Positions 38,724-48,236 of a stretch of 64,000 nt of DNA are shown here, in pieces. The number at the start of each line of letters is the position of its first letter. Within the stretch, counting starts at the first letter, position 1. Position numbers and translations under genes: made by a program. Origin of the DNA: Candidatus Woesearchaeota archaeon (GTDB lineage Archaea; Nanobdellota; Nanobdellia; Woesearchaeales; JABMPP01); NCBI GenBank assembly GCA_018303405.1, contig JAGVYD010000009.1, positions 64,856 to 128,855 on the forward strand. The letters run 5' to 3'. The notes below the pieces were generated by a model. It was not told the DNA's origin and ran no database searches. It was given only the letters and a program-made list of their open reading frames with translations.

Positions 38724-39563
38724 ATGCCCATGGAACAGGCAATGATATTCCCTGGATTGAAAAAAAGGTCAGTAAAGGAAATAGTCTTCAATATACTCTG
38801 CACAGATTACCCGCTCAACCTGACTAAGCTGCATGACATAATATCAAAAAAATACAACCTCAAAGTCAGCTATCAGGGGATTAGGTTCGCGATAAATGAG
38901 CTGAAAGATGAAGAGATCATTGAAAAGGTCGGAAAGGAGTACATTTTAAGCAAGGAATGGATTGACAGGCTAGTCAAGTTCTCTGAAAACCTCAAGGAGA
39001 ATTATTCCCAGATGGGAAGGTTCAAGAGATTTGACCTGCAGACAACCCAGCTTACTGTCAACAGCCTCATGGAATTGGGGGATTTTCTTTTATATGCCCT
39101 TGAAAATGACTTTTTTGACACACAGAAAAAAAGGGAGCTCTACATGCAGTTCGTTCATCTTTGGATCCCTTTTGCCCAGAAGAACAAAAGGGACAGGCTC
39201 AAGAGGATTTTCGACCAGAACAAAGGCAAGATATACTGCCTTTGCCAGGAAAAAACATTCGGCGACATCATACTTGGGAATTACTACAGGTTCCTCGGGA
39301 ACATAAAAGTTGGCGTAAACCTGAACCTTCCGGCAGACACATGGGTGCACGGGGACTGCGTAATCCAGATTTTCATGCCTGAAAAGCTGAGGAGCCGCAT
39401 GAAGAATGCCTACAGCCTCTCAAAGGAATTCCTGTCATTCAACAAGATTGACATCCTGACTGAAATGACCTTTGAGAAGCATCCGATAGAGATTGTGATA
39501 ACGAGAAATCCATCTGTAGCTAAGAAGATTAAGGAGAAAGTTTTGAAATATTTCGGCAAATGA
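38724..39563 (+). CDS. Hypothetical protein with an N-terminal winged-helix domain.
   Basis: The N-terminus (VKEIVFNILCTDYPLNLTKLHDIISKKYNLKVSYQGIRFAINELKDEEIIEKVGKEYILS) looks like a wHTH. It is followed by a 190-aa domain. Confidence 0.4.
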   Translation: MPMEQAMIFPGLKKRSVKEIVFNILCTDYPLNLTKLHDIISKKYNLKVSYQGIRFAINELKDEEIIEKVGKEYILSKEWIDRLVKFSENLKENYSQMGRFKRFDLQTTQLTVNSLMELGDFLLYALENDFFDTQKKRELYMQFVHLWIPFAQKNKRDRLKRIFDQNKGKIYCLCQEKTFGDIILGNYYRFLGNIKVGVNLNLPADTWVHGDCVIQIFMPEKLRSRMKNAYSLSKEFLSFNKIDILTEMTFEKHPIEIVITRNPSVAKKIKEKVLKYFGK

Positions 39564-39629
39564 TTTGACATTGCAGCTTTAAAATTCTTGTAGCATTCGC
39601 ATATTATAAAGCCCCTTCTTTATTTTTCC

Positions 39630-40367
39630 ATGGGAATTGAAGAGAAAGTCGCAGACACAACAAATCATGAAGGGATTGCTGCAAAAGCCAATACAAGCCT
39701 GTGGCAGGCATGGAAAAATCTCAGCTGGAAAGGAAAGCTTGTCGCGGGAATGGCTGTCAGCCTGTCCGCCCTATTTACAGGTGGGCTGTCAGCTCTCGCT
39801 GGCTCATCATTTATCTATGGCGCAATGACCACGCCTGTTACAATGTCTGCGAATATGATTGTTTACAAGATGGTGCAAAAAAAGAACAAGCGGCCAGTCA
39901 CATCCAAAGGGCTCCTTGCCGAAACATTGTTTGGCTCCTTGATGGCCCCGTATGGAATTGCTGGCTATGCAGGGTTTAATTTATTGCCCAACTGGATAAC
40001 AAAGATGGCAGTTGGGTTTGGGGCATTGATTCCCTTTTCATATGCAATGTATTTTCCAATACGATATTTGCTGCACAATTACACTTTCAGAGGATTTATG
40101 GACGACCCGAAACAGGCATTCAGCGAGGCTCTTGATTCGCTTAAGCAGAATTTCTGGAAGGCATACCTGAAATCCCTGGTGTATTTGCCAATCCCGCTGG
40201 GCGCTTTTTGGCATTACACTTCCCAGTGGCCTGTCCCTGCACAAGCGCAAACACAAACATTGGCAGGAGTTGGAGGGAGGATATTCTTGAAATACAATGT
40301 TGACAAGGATATCAAAGTGTCAAAAAGTTATGTCCTGCCGCGACCAGCTTATAGGATGGCTGCATAA
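39630..40367 (+). CDS. Hypothetical membrane protein.
   Basis: Four to five hydrophobic segments. No known motif. Confidence 0.4.
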   Translation: MGIEEKVADTTNHEGIAAKANTSLWQAWKNLSWKGKLVAGMAVSLSALFTGGLSALAGSSFIYGAMTTPVTMSANMIVYKMVQKKNKRPVTSKGLLAETLFGSLMAPYGIAGYAGFNLLPNWITKMAVGFGALIPFSYAMYFPIRYLLHNYTFRGFMDDPKQAFSEALDSLKQNFWKAYLKSLVYLPIPLGAFWHYTSQWPVPAQAQTQTLAGVGGRIFLKYNVDKDIKVSKSYVLPRPAYRMAA

Positions 40368-40403
40368 GTGAATTAATTATTTTTAATAATATTTTATAGA
40401 ATT

Positions 40404-41705
40404 TTATGGGCTCTTTCTCAGCATTGTCCTTGGGAAGGGAATTGCATCCTTTATGTTGTCAAGATGGCAGAGCCATGAAACAACCCTTTCCACGCCAAGG
40501 CCGTAGCCTGCATGCGGAACACTGCCATATTTCCTCAAGTCAAAGTAGAAATTATAATTTTTCGGGTCCTCGCCGTCTCTCTCCAGCTTTTTTGCCATTT
40601 CTTCAACGTCGAGGTCCCTTTGGCTTCCGCCGACAATCTCGCCATATCCTTCAGGCGCAAGAACATCAACGCATAATGCTGTTTCAGAATCATTCGGGTC
40701 AGACGGCTTGTAGAATGCCATGATGTCTTTTGGGTAATTTGTGACAAGCACCGGCTTGTCAAAATGCCTGACAATCAGGTCCTCCTCTATTGTTCTCAGG
40801 TCCTTTCCAAATTCAACATCCATATTTTCCTTTTCCTTGAGAAGCTTCAAAGCATCCCTGTAGGTGATTCTCGGGAACGGCGGGACTATTTTCTTCAGCT
40901 TTCCGATATCCTGCCCAAGCAATTTCAAATCCTCTGCATTTTTTTCAGTGACTTCCTTGACAATAAATGCTATGCACGCCTCTATTGAGTCAAGCAATTG
41001 CGGCAGGCCAATCCATGCCTGCTCCATTTCGGCCATCCAAAACTCGCTTAAGTGCCTTGAGGTCTTGCTCTTTTCTGCCCTGAAGCATGGCGAAATGCAG
41101 AATAATTTTTCATAGCCGAAAATTGCGGCCTCGCCGTAAAGCTGCCATGTCTGTGCGAGATAGGTTTTTTCCTTGTAATACTTCACTTCGAACAGGGTTG
41201 AGCCTCCTTCTGACTGGTTGGGCTGCAGGATTGGTGGCGAAAATTCCAGGAATCCGTTATGCAGGTAGAAATTCCTGAATGCCTGGAGCACAGTGTTCCT
41301 GACTTTCATTACTGCCAGCATCTTCCTGCTCCTTATCCAGAGATGCCTGTTGTCCAAAAGAAATTCTGGGGATTGGTCTTTTTGAATGGGAAAAGGCTCT
41401 GCTATTTGCTCCACATGGAATTTTTCAACCAAGACTTCAAAACCGCTTGGTGCGCGCTTGTCCTCTTTTATTTCACCGGTGACTCCGAGCGAGGACTCAA
41501 TCAGGAGGGAATCAATCTGCTTCCATTCTTCATCTGAGAATTTTTCACGGTCAAAGACACATTGGATAATGTTTGTGCCATCGCGCAGAACTATAAATGC
41601 TAGCTTGTTGCTCTTTCTTTCGCGCCAGGCCCAGCCCCTAATTGAAACATGGCCATGGCCCTTATGCATGGCTTCCTGGATTGTGAGATAATGTATTTTT
41701 TGCAT
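40404..41705 (-). CDS. asnS: Asparagine--tRNA ligase (class IIb).
   Basis: An N-terminal OB anticodon-binding domain comes first. Class II motifs include PCFRAE, and the C-terminal motif 3 is GSVPHAGYGLGVERVVSWL (the PHAG variant is typical of AsnRS). Confidence 0.7.
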   Translation of the reverse strand: MQKIHYLTIQEAMHKGHGHVSIRGWAWRERKSNKLAFIVLRDGTNIIQCVFDREKFSDEEWKQIDSLLIESSLGVTGEIKEDKRAPSGFEVLVEKFHVEQIAEPFPIQKDQSPEFLLDNRHLWIRSRKMLAVMKVRNTVLQAFRNFYLHNGFLEFSPPILQPNQSEGGSTLFEVKYYKEKTYLAQTWQLYGEAAIFGYEKLFCISPCFRAEKSKTSRHLSEFWMAEMEQAWIGLPQLLDSIEACIAFIVKEVTEKNAEDLKLLGQDIGKLKKIVPPFPRITYRDALKLLKEKENMDVEFGKDLRTIEEDLIVRHFDKPVLVTNYPKDIMAFYKPSDPNDSETALCVDVLAPEGYGEIVGGSQRDLDVEEMAKKLERDGEDPKNYNFYFDLRKYGSVPHAGYGLGVERVVSWLCHLDNIKDAIPFPRTMLRKSP

Positions 41706-41765
41706 TGTTTTATGCAGTAAAATATAGACTATAAAAAGTTTGCCTAATCTTTGCGCATGTCTGTA

Positions 41766-42311
41766 TTAAAAGCGCGCCTGCAGCAGGGCTTCATGCCCAT
41801 TGCTTCTTGGGAGTTTGACATATTTTTCACCAGCATGCTCTGCCACCAATTGAGTCAGGTAACCGTAAGGCACTATCACACCAAGCCTTCTGGTAACTGG
41901 CATTTCCACTAACAGATTCTCATCAGCAGATTCCATCATGACGTGCGTAAGGTCAGCAAGATTTTTTGGAAGGGGGTTGAGGTAGATATCATAATCTGGG
42001 TAAAAAAAAGAGGCATGAACATCTGGAAACAAAACTTGCCTAACGCCTAAATACCTTGCAAGCTTGCCTTTGTCAACCCTATCCTCCCCACTTTTCTTTG
42101 GCATTGAATGCAGGAAATAATGCCCATGCCCGCCACTTTTGTAAAATAACAACAAAGTCTGAAGGACAGCAATGCCATCTGGTATCTTTCCCTTTAATTT
42201 TCTCAGAGCTTCGAATTTTTCAGCAACAGTGTCTATTTCATGGCCATACCTAAGCAAATCAACCTTTCCGATGTCATGTTCTATTCTTTCTACAAGCGAG
42301 TCTTTTTGCAT
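41766..42311 (-). CDS. HD-domain phosphohydrolase.
   Basis: The HD motif (IEHDIGKVDLLRYGHE) is followed by additional His residues. About 180 aa when started from the internal Met. Confidence 0.6.
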   Translation of the reverse strand: MQKDSLVERIEHDIGKVDLLRYGHEIDTVAEKFEALRKLKGKIPDGIAVLQTLLLFYKSGGHGHYFLHSMPKKSGEDRVDKGKLARYLGVRQVLFPDVHASFFYPDYDIYLNPLPKNLADLTHVMMESADENLLVEMPVTRRLGVIVPYGYLTQLVAEHAGEKYVKLPRSNGHEALLQARF

Positions 42312-42417
42312 CCTATGGGGGAATCTAAAACACCTATTTAAATTTATTTCATAATTGTTGGAATTTATTACTAAAATAACCATAAATTATATAAATAATG
42401 GAAAATTTTTCCATATT

Positions 42418-42867
42418 ATGAGAAAACTTGATGTCAAGGATTTGGAAATACTAGGCTTAATCCAGGAAAACAGCAAGCTGACAAGCCAGCAAATATCAAA
42501 GCGTACAAGAATACCAATAACCACAGTCCATAACAGGATAAAAAAGCTGGAAGAGGAAAAAATAATAAAGCAATATTCTGTGCAGATCGACAAAAGAAAA
42601 ATAGGAAAGATGATATCTGCATACATATTGGTAAGCGTAAACTACCCGCAGCAGCACATCAAAAGATTCTCACAGGAGGAAATTGCAAGGAAAATACGAC
42701 AAATTGATGGCGTTTCGGAAGTGGCAATTGTGGCCGGCGAAACTGACATAATACTCAAAATAGACCTGGATGATATCAACAGCTTGAATGATTTTGTTGT
42801 CAACAAACTGAGGAATATTGACGGCATTGACAAGACAAGGACAATGGTTATACTGCATGAGTTTTAG
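42418..42867 (+). CDS. lrp: Lrp/AsnC-family transcriptional regulator.
   Basis: An N-terminal HTH (LDVKDLEILGLIQENSKLTSQQISKRTRIPITTVHNRIKKLEEEKII) is followed by a RAM domain (AYILVSV...). About 150 aa. Confidence 0.8.
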   Translation: MRKLDVKDLEILGLIQENSKLTSQQISKRTRIPITTVHNRIKKLEEEKIIKQYSVQIDKRKIGKMISAYILVSVNYPQQHIKRFSQEEIARKIRQIDGVSEVAIVAGETDIILKIDLDDINSLNDFVVNKLRNIDGIDKTRTMVILHEF

Positions 42868-42873
42868 GAAGAG

Positions 42874-43260
42874 GTGAATTACACGAAAATTCCACCGATG
42901 GTGATTTTGGGAGTTGGCGCATTTGTCATATTGATGAGCTTTATTTCTTTTGAGCGAGGGACAAGGGTAATGTTCCTGATTGTTGGCATTGGCTTTTTGG
43001 TTTACGGCATAGTAAGGCTGTTTGACGACAAAGAGGGGGCCAGGGCAAAGCCTGCAACTCATGGAAATGCTTCAGCTGCCGCAATGATGCAACAACAGGC
43101 TGTGCATCATGCAGGAGCAAACCCGACATTCAAGCAGGTGTTACAAGGCAGGCAGCCTCAGGCACATCATCAGCATGCGTATGCAACATGCCAGAGATGC
43201 AATGCAAAAATCCACGCGCAACAAAATTTCTGCCATAACTGCGGCACGAGATTAAGGTAA
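42874..43260 (+). CDS. Small membrane protein with a C-terminal zinc ribbon.
   Basis: Two TM helices are followed by CQRCNAKIHAQQNFCHNCGTRL (CxxC...CxxC). Confidence 0.45.
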   Translation: MNYTKIPPMVILGVGAFVILMSFISFERGTRVMFLIVGIGFLVYGIVRLFDDKEGARAKPATHGNASAAAMMQQQAVHHAGANPTFKQVLQGRQPQAHHQHAYATCQRCNAKIHAQQNFCHNCGTRLR

Positions 43261-43271
43261 ATTTTACTTTA

Positions 43272-43745
43272 TCATGACATAGTCATTGAAAATTCTTCAA
43301 TAATTGGCTTTACAGCCTTGACATAATCCTCTGATTTCATAACTATTGATGCAGTCTGCACACCTGCGTTAAAAGCAATCTCATCATTTTTCAGCATGCT
43401 TTTGTCGAGATAAACCGGAATTGAGAAAAGATTGCCAAAAGGCGGAACTCCACCAACAACGCATCCAGTTGCCTTAAGAACTTCATCAGGAGTTGCCATT
43501 GAAAGGCTTTTCTCGCCTATGACTGCTCTCATTTTGGCAAGGTCGATTTTGCGATTCCCTGGGAGAACACATATTAGGAATTTTCCTCTGCTTCTCAGGA
43601 CAATGGCTTTTGCGCCCTGGCTTTCACTGGTGCCCCTGACCTTTGCAGCTATTTGTGAGGTTGGAGTTGGCTCATGCTCCAAAAGCTTGTAATTAAAATT
43701 CATTGACTCAAGAAGTTCCTTTATTTGCTTGGTGACATTATTCAT
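43272..43745 (-). CDS. ybaK: YbaK/ProX-type aminoacyl-tRNA deacylase (trans-editing domain).
   Basis: KAIVLRSRGKFLICVLPGNRKIDLAKM....GCVVGGVPPFG, about 155 aa. This matches the YbaK family fold and its conserved GxxxGxxPPF motif. Confidence 0.7.
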   Translation of the reverse strand: MNNVTKQIKELLESMNFNYKLLEHEPTPTSQIAAKVRGTSESQGAKAIVLRSRGKFLICVLPGNRKIDLAKMRAVIGEKSLSMATPDEVLKATGCVVGGVPPFGNLFSIPVYLDKSMLKNDEIAFNAGVQTASIVMKSEDYVKAVKPIIEEFSMTMS

Positions 43746-43751
43746 GTTAGC

Positions 43752-45071
43752 CTAAGGTGTAAGCCTATCAGGGTCGCGTGGCAAAAGTATGGCTTCCCTT
43801 ATGTTTCCCAAATTGAGCATTTGCTCCACTATCCTGTCAACTCCAAGCCCGACTCCGCCATGCGGGATTGCCCCGAACCTGAAAATATCCCTGTAAAATT
43901 GCAGTTTTGCCATGTCAATGCCTTTTTCAGCTGCCTGCTTTTCGAGGATGTCCAGGCGATGCTCCCTTTGCGCGCCTGTTCCAATTTCAACACCGCGATA
44001 GATTAAGTCAAATGAGCGCGTCCCTTTTTGATTTCCATCTGGCCTCATATGATAGAATGGCCTTTTGGCCCAGGGATAGTTCAATGCAAAGACAAATTCG
44101 GAGCCGAATTTTTCCCTCACAATTTCACCCAGCAGTTTTTCAGCCTCAGCATCAAGGTCGTCATCTTCAGGAACCGCCTTGCCTCTCTCCTTCAGCAGTT
44201 TCCTGATTTCTGAAATATCCAGCCTTGGAATTTCATTAGGCACCTGGACCTGCGCACCGAGAATCTGGAGCTCATTGTGGCAATCATGGGAAACTGCCTT
44301 TGTGGCATGCTTAAGGTAGCGCTCTATGACGTCCATCACGTCATGCTCATCCTTGATGAATCCCATCTCAAAATCAATCCCCACAAACTCGGTAAGGTGC
44401 CTTGTCGTGTGGGATTTTTCCGCCCGGAAAATCGTGCCGATTTCAAAAACCTTTTCCAGGCCTGAAATTACGAACATCTGCTTGTAGATTTGCGGCGACT
44501 GCGCCAATGATGCCTTCCTGCCGAAATAGTCAATCTTGAATTCCTCTGCGCCTGATTCAACTCCGCTCTGTGTCAGCTTTGGCGTGTTTATGTTGATAAA
44601 GCCTTCCTTTATGAAAAATTCAGTTGTTGCGCCAAGGAGCCTGCTCCTGATTTTGAAAATTGCCTCAATCCTTTTCCTCCTCAGGTCAAGAAACCTGTAA
44701 TCAAGCCTTTTGTCAATGACTGTTGTGGTATCCTCGGCAACTTCAATTGGAAGCGGTGTTTCAGCTCTGCTGATTAGCTGGATTTTTTCAGCTACAACCT
44801 CAATTTCGCCCGTTGGCATTTCTTTCTTGACCTGATTTTCAGGCCTTTTATTCACAGTTCCTTCGACCAAGAGCACAGACTCTTTGCTTATTGTCCCGAA
44901 CTCTTTGGCCAATGATGGATTCAGGAAGAATTGCGTTATCCCGTGCCTGTCCCTCAAAAGCAGAAATCCAATTTTGCCCTGCACCCTCACTGTGTCTACC
45001 CAGCCGCAAAGAGTCACCTTTTCGCCAGCGTCATTTGCTTTCAATTCCCCGCAGGTGTGCGTGCGCATCAT
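43752..45071 (-). CDS. aspS: Aspartate--tRNA ligase, archaeal type.
   Basis: An N-terminal OB domain, class II motifs (FRAE...), and a C-terminal AIPHGGVGLGVDRIV motif 3. About 438 aa. Confidence 0.75.
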   Translation of the reverse strand: MMRTHTCGELKANDAGEKVTLCGWVDTVRVQGKIGFLLLRDRHGITQFFLNPSLAKEFGTISKESVLLVEGTVNKRPENQVKKEMPTGEIEVVAEKIQLISRAETPLPIEVAEDTTTVIDKRLDYRFLDLRRKRIEAIFKIRSRLLGATTEFFIKEGFININTPKLTQSGVESGAEEFKIDYFGRKASLAQSPQIYKQMFVISGLEKVFEIGTIFRAEKSHTTRHLTEFVGIDFEMGFIKDEHDVMDVIERYLKHATKAVSHDCHNELQILGAQVQVPNEIPRLDISEIRKLLKERGKAVPEDDDLDAEAEKLLGEIVREKFGSEFVFALNYPWAKRPFYHMRPDGNQKGTRSFDLIYRGVEIGTGAQREHRLDILEKQAAEKGIDMAKLQFYRDIFRFGAIPHGGVGLGVDRIVEQMLNLGNIREAILLPRDPDRLTP

Positions 45072-45119
45072 GGAAGAAAGAGAAACTGAAGATTATTTAA
45101 AGATGATTGTTTATTTAAG

Positions 45120-45746
45120 CTATTTCTCAGGAATCTGAACTGCTATTTTGCCCGAAAGAAGGTCCCTTACCATCTCTGCATCCTTGATTGTCCCGACAAT
45201 GCTGCCCCAATGCATTGGGACAACCAGCTTGGGCCTGATTGATTCGGCAGCCCTTGCACATTCGCTTGCCGTCATTACATAGGTTCCGGAGCAAGGAAGC
45301 ATTGCGACATCAATATTAAATCTGGGCATGCTGCCCATTTCCGGAATCAGATCAGTGTCGCCTGCATGGTAAATCCTTTTCCCCTCTGTTTCAATGATGT
45401 AGCCTACCCAGTCATTTGCCTGTGGATGGAAATGCTTGTTGACATTATATGAAGGGACTGTGTGGATTTTCACGCCTCCGATATCATAGGTGTTGTTAGG
45501 CTCAACAAGCACAACCTTGCCGGGAAAGTCCCTGAGGCTGCTTTGCGAATCAGGCGTGACTGCAATTGTTGTTGATGGTGTGGCAATCTTCTTGATATCT
45601 TCCTTGCTCAGGTGGTCATAATGGCTGTGGCTAATAAGGATGATGTCAGCCGTGTCAGAAGTCTGAATTTGGAATGGGTCAAGGAATATCCTTTTTTCGC
45701 CAATGATTTCAAACCCGGCATGGCCCAGCCACTTAATCTGCCCCAT
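45120..45746 (-). CDS. Metallo-beta-lactamase-fold hydrolase (UPF0173/UlaG-like).
   Basis: HxHxDH motif (ILISHSHYDHL), plus downstream His/Asp ligands (HAGDTD, H at 190). Confidence 0.7.
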   Translation of the reverse strand: MGQIKWLGHAGFEIIGEKRIFLDPFQIQTSDTADIILISHSHYDHLSKEDIKKIATPSTTIAVTPDSQSSLRDFPGKVVLVEPNNTYDIGGVKIHTVPSYNVNKHFHPQANDWVGYIIETEGKRIYHAGDTDLIPEMGSMPRFNIDVAMLPCSGTYVMTASECARAAESIRPKLVVPMHWGSIVGTIKDAEMVRDLLSGKIAVQIPEK

Positions 45747-45788
45747 ATTTCCTTAGAATGAAAAATGTTATTTAAATGTTGGTACAGC

Positions 45789-47510
45789 CTATTCCTTAAA
45801 CACCACAATGATTCCGTTGGGTATGCTGGATTCCCTGTTGCCAATGTCATCGCCTGTAAATATTTTTGCAGGAGCCTTCTTTTTCCAGTCATATGGCAGG
45901 ATGTAGTATGTGGAAGGGTCATTCCATTTGGAGCCCGCTATGCCCCCGGCTGATTTGCCGCCGCTCAAAATCCTCCCCCCATAAATGTAGCCCACAAGCA
46001 TCCTGGTTCCGGCTGCGAGAGTGCTGAAATTTATTTTTGCATCCCGCAAATCCCTGCCTTGTTTTTTGATGTCCAATCCAGTCCTTATCCAGCCATTCTC
46101 AAGCAAATAGATTGTTCTGTCAGTCTCTGCCAGTGAGCCGGCGATTTCAAATGGTGTTTTTCCATGCACGCCAAGAACCTTGAAACCTTCAAATGATTCT
46201 TCGGAAGCAGCTATTTCTTCACCAGAAATAGGCTGATTTAGCTTAACCATTGTTCCAGAAGGTATGTTGCTCCAGTCTGCTATCTCATGCCCCCTGGCTT
46301 GCCTGCCATCAGAAAAAATATAAAGAGTAGATGGGTCATCAAACATTGCCCGGGCAATGTCCCAAGCTTTGTTGCTGCTGCTGATAATATTAGAGCCAGG
46401 GGCAGTATAAACACCAACAGCCCTATCAAAATCCTGCCCTGTTCCATAGAGAGCCTGCGCCAAGACTGGATCGCCAATTACCAGCCTATTCGGGACATCC
46501 GGGTCCTTTTTTGGCCTGTCATCAAGGCCAAGCAATTTCCTAAGCCGGTGATCTGCAAATAATAATCCACATTTCTTTCTCCCCCTGTGCGGTTTGGGGT
46601 GCCACCTGTTTGGAGAGCCATATGCAACCATGGAATGTGTCAGCACGTTGTAATCGTTTATCTTGTATCTTATTTGGAGCTGGTAAAGAAGCAATCTTAA
46701 TGAATTGATTTGCTGTAAGTTTATAGGCCGGTCATAGTAGCCAACTACCTCAATTCCAATTGAATGATAGTTCAAATTTGTAAGGCCCCCCCACATGCTC
46801 CTTCCAGCGTGGTTGGAAACCTTGCCTGAATGGATTATCCGGCATACTTTCCCGTCCGTATCTACCATATAGTTTGCAGCGCCATGCTTTTTTAGGCTTT
46901 CAAGGCTTCCCCTTCCTCCACCTTCGGTGGTGTGGAGGATTATGTACTTTGTATCAGGCCTGTATGGCCTTTTGTTATTCCATCGGCTATATGAATCTAC
47001 CACGCTAAGTTCCCCAGAGGCCTTCATTGATGTTGAGCCTGTCTTGGCTGCTGCTTTTTTGGCAAATGCTTTCAAAGAGTTTGGTATCAGGCTGGACAAT
47101 GCAAATCCTGCTGCGGCCCGCCCTGCTGTTCTCAGAAATTTTCTCCTCGATAAGCCAAGCTCAAGATCGTCAATGATTTGCATGATATCCGCATCAATTT
47201 TATCGACCCATTTTTGCTTTGGCTCAATGTTGTTCAATTCGCTGAGAAGTTTTTTCAAATCATGCAATTCTTTAGTGTATTCCTGCCTGTTGACAAGATG
47301 GTGTGCTTTCAGTCTTCTGAAAATAAAAGCAATTCTTGATGTTGCTGATTCAATTTTTTTATAGTCCTGTTTCACCTCGTCTTTCCACACATATGCCAAA
47401 TCCCTGTTTATCCATTCTTTTGCATCATCCCATGCAGCCTGCAAGGATTCTTGTGCAGAAGGCTGAGGTACAGGGGGATTTTTCGAAACCATGAGTATCT
47501 GTTTATGCAT
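45789..47510 (-). CDS. N-acetylmuramoyl-L-alanine amidase (Amidase_2/PGRP domain) protein with a twin-arginine motif and a C-terminal extension.
   Basis: The Amidase_2 core is YIILHTTEGGG...NYMVDTDGKV...HAGRSMWGG..NYHSIGIEVVG. A Tat-like MQIIDDLELGLSRRKFLRTAGRAAAGFALSS is at residues 110-140 of the long ORF. The start could instead be 47183, making it N-terminal. A 300-aa C-terminal domain follows. Confidence 0.6.
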   Translation of the reverse strand: MHKQILMVSKNPPVPQPSAQESLQAAWDDAKEWINRDLAYVWKDEVKQDYKKIESATSRIAFIFRRLKAHHLVNRQEYTKELHDLKKLLSELNNIEPKQKWVDKIDADIMQIIDDLELGLSRRKFLRTAGRAAAGFALSSLIPNSLKAFAKKAAAKTGSTSMKASGELSVVDSYSRWNNKRPYRPDTKYIILHTTEGGGRGSLESLKKHGAANYMVDTDGKVCRIIHSGKVSNHAGRSMWGGLTNLNYHSIGIEVVGYYDRPINLQQINSLRLLLYQLQIRYKINDYNVLTHSMVAYGSPNRWHPKPHRGRKKCGLLFADHRLRKLLGLDDRPKKDPDVPNRLVIGDPVLAQALYGTGQDFDRAVGVYTAPGSNIISSSNKAWDIARAMFDDPSTLYIFSDGRQARGHEIADWSNIPSGTMVKLNQPISGEEIAASEESFEGFKVLGVHGKTPFEIAGSLAETDRTIYLLENGWIRTGLDIKKQGRDLRDAKINFSTLAAGTRMLVGYIYGGRILSGGKSAGGIAGSKWNDPSTYYILPYDWKKKAPAKIFTGDDIGNRESSIPNGIIVVFKE

Positions 47511-47546
47511 TTCAGTGTTATAAATAAATTGCGGTAAGAAGAAGGA

Positions 47547-48236
47547 TTAAACTTTTTCAAGCTTGAGTATTCGTTCTATTTCTGCCTGGGAGACTGAACA
47601 GCCTTTCAGCTTCACGGCCCATAAAACACTGTCAAGAAGCTGCCTTTCCGCATCCTCCATCTGCGGCAGGTAATTGTCAAGCAGGCCCATCTCAAAGGCC
47701 ACGGTTACAAGCTCAACGCTCCTTATGACCCTGATTTTTCTTGTATGATGGATAAACTCATCGATATTGCGCTGGATTGCCTTGATGGGGGCATGAAGCC
47801 TGTTTTTCAGTATCTCAGCCGCAACCCTGGGATTTTCTATGAGGATGCGGGTCATTCTTTCGTCCACTACAACAGCCTCGGATTCCATAAAAATTGCGCT
47901 TGCCAATGCCTGCATTTCGCCGTATTGGATTATCCTTATTGGATTACCATATGCTTCGAAGCTGTTGTTGGTCAGGGAAAGCAGATGGTTTGTAAGGCTG
48001 TTGATTTCATTGTTGTAGATTAGCTTGAAAGTGCCATTGTGGACAAGGGACTGGACCTGCAATGCCTCAAACTTGAAAACTTTGCTGGCCAAAGGCCTGT
48101 CGATAACTTCGCTTTTCACGCCTGTTGGCAGATAGAATTCACCATTGAACCGCCTTTTAAGTTGTTCAAGTATGGAAAGGAGGTTATTCATGGCCAGGCT
48201 TATGATTGGCCCTGCATCGAAAACAAGGCTTTTCAT
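47547..48236 (-). CDS. PIN-like (DUF3368-type) domain protein, a putative toxin-like nuclease.
   Basis: The N-terminus (LVFDAGPIISLA) is typical of DUF3368/PIN-like proteins. Its start overlaps the upstream HTH gene by 4 bp (ATGA). Confidence 0.4.
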   Translation of the reverse strand: MKSLVFDAGPIISLAMNNLLSILEQLKRRFNGEFYLPTGVKSEVIDRPLASKVFKFEALQVQSLVHNGTFKLIYNNEINSLTNHLLSLTNNSFEAYGNPIRIIQYGEMQALASAIFMESEAVVVDERMTRILIENPRVAAEILKNRLHAPIKAIQRNIDEFIHHTRKIRVIRSVELVTVAFEMGLLDNYLPQMEDAERQLLDSVLWAVKLKGCSVSQAEIERILKLEKV

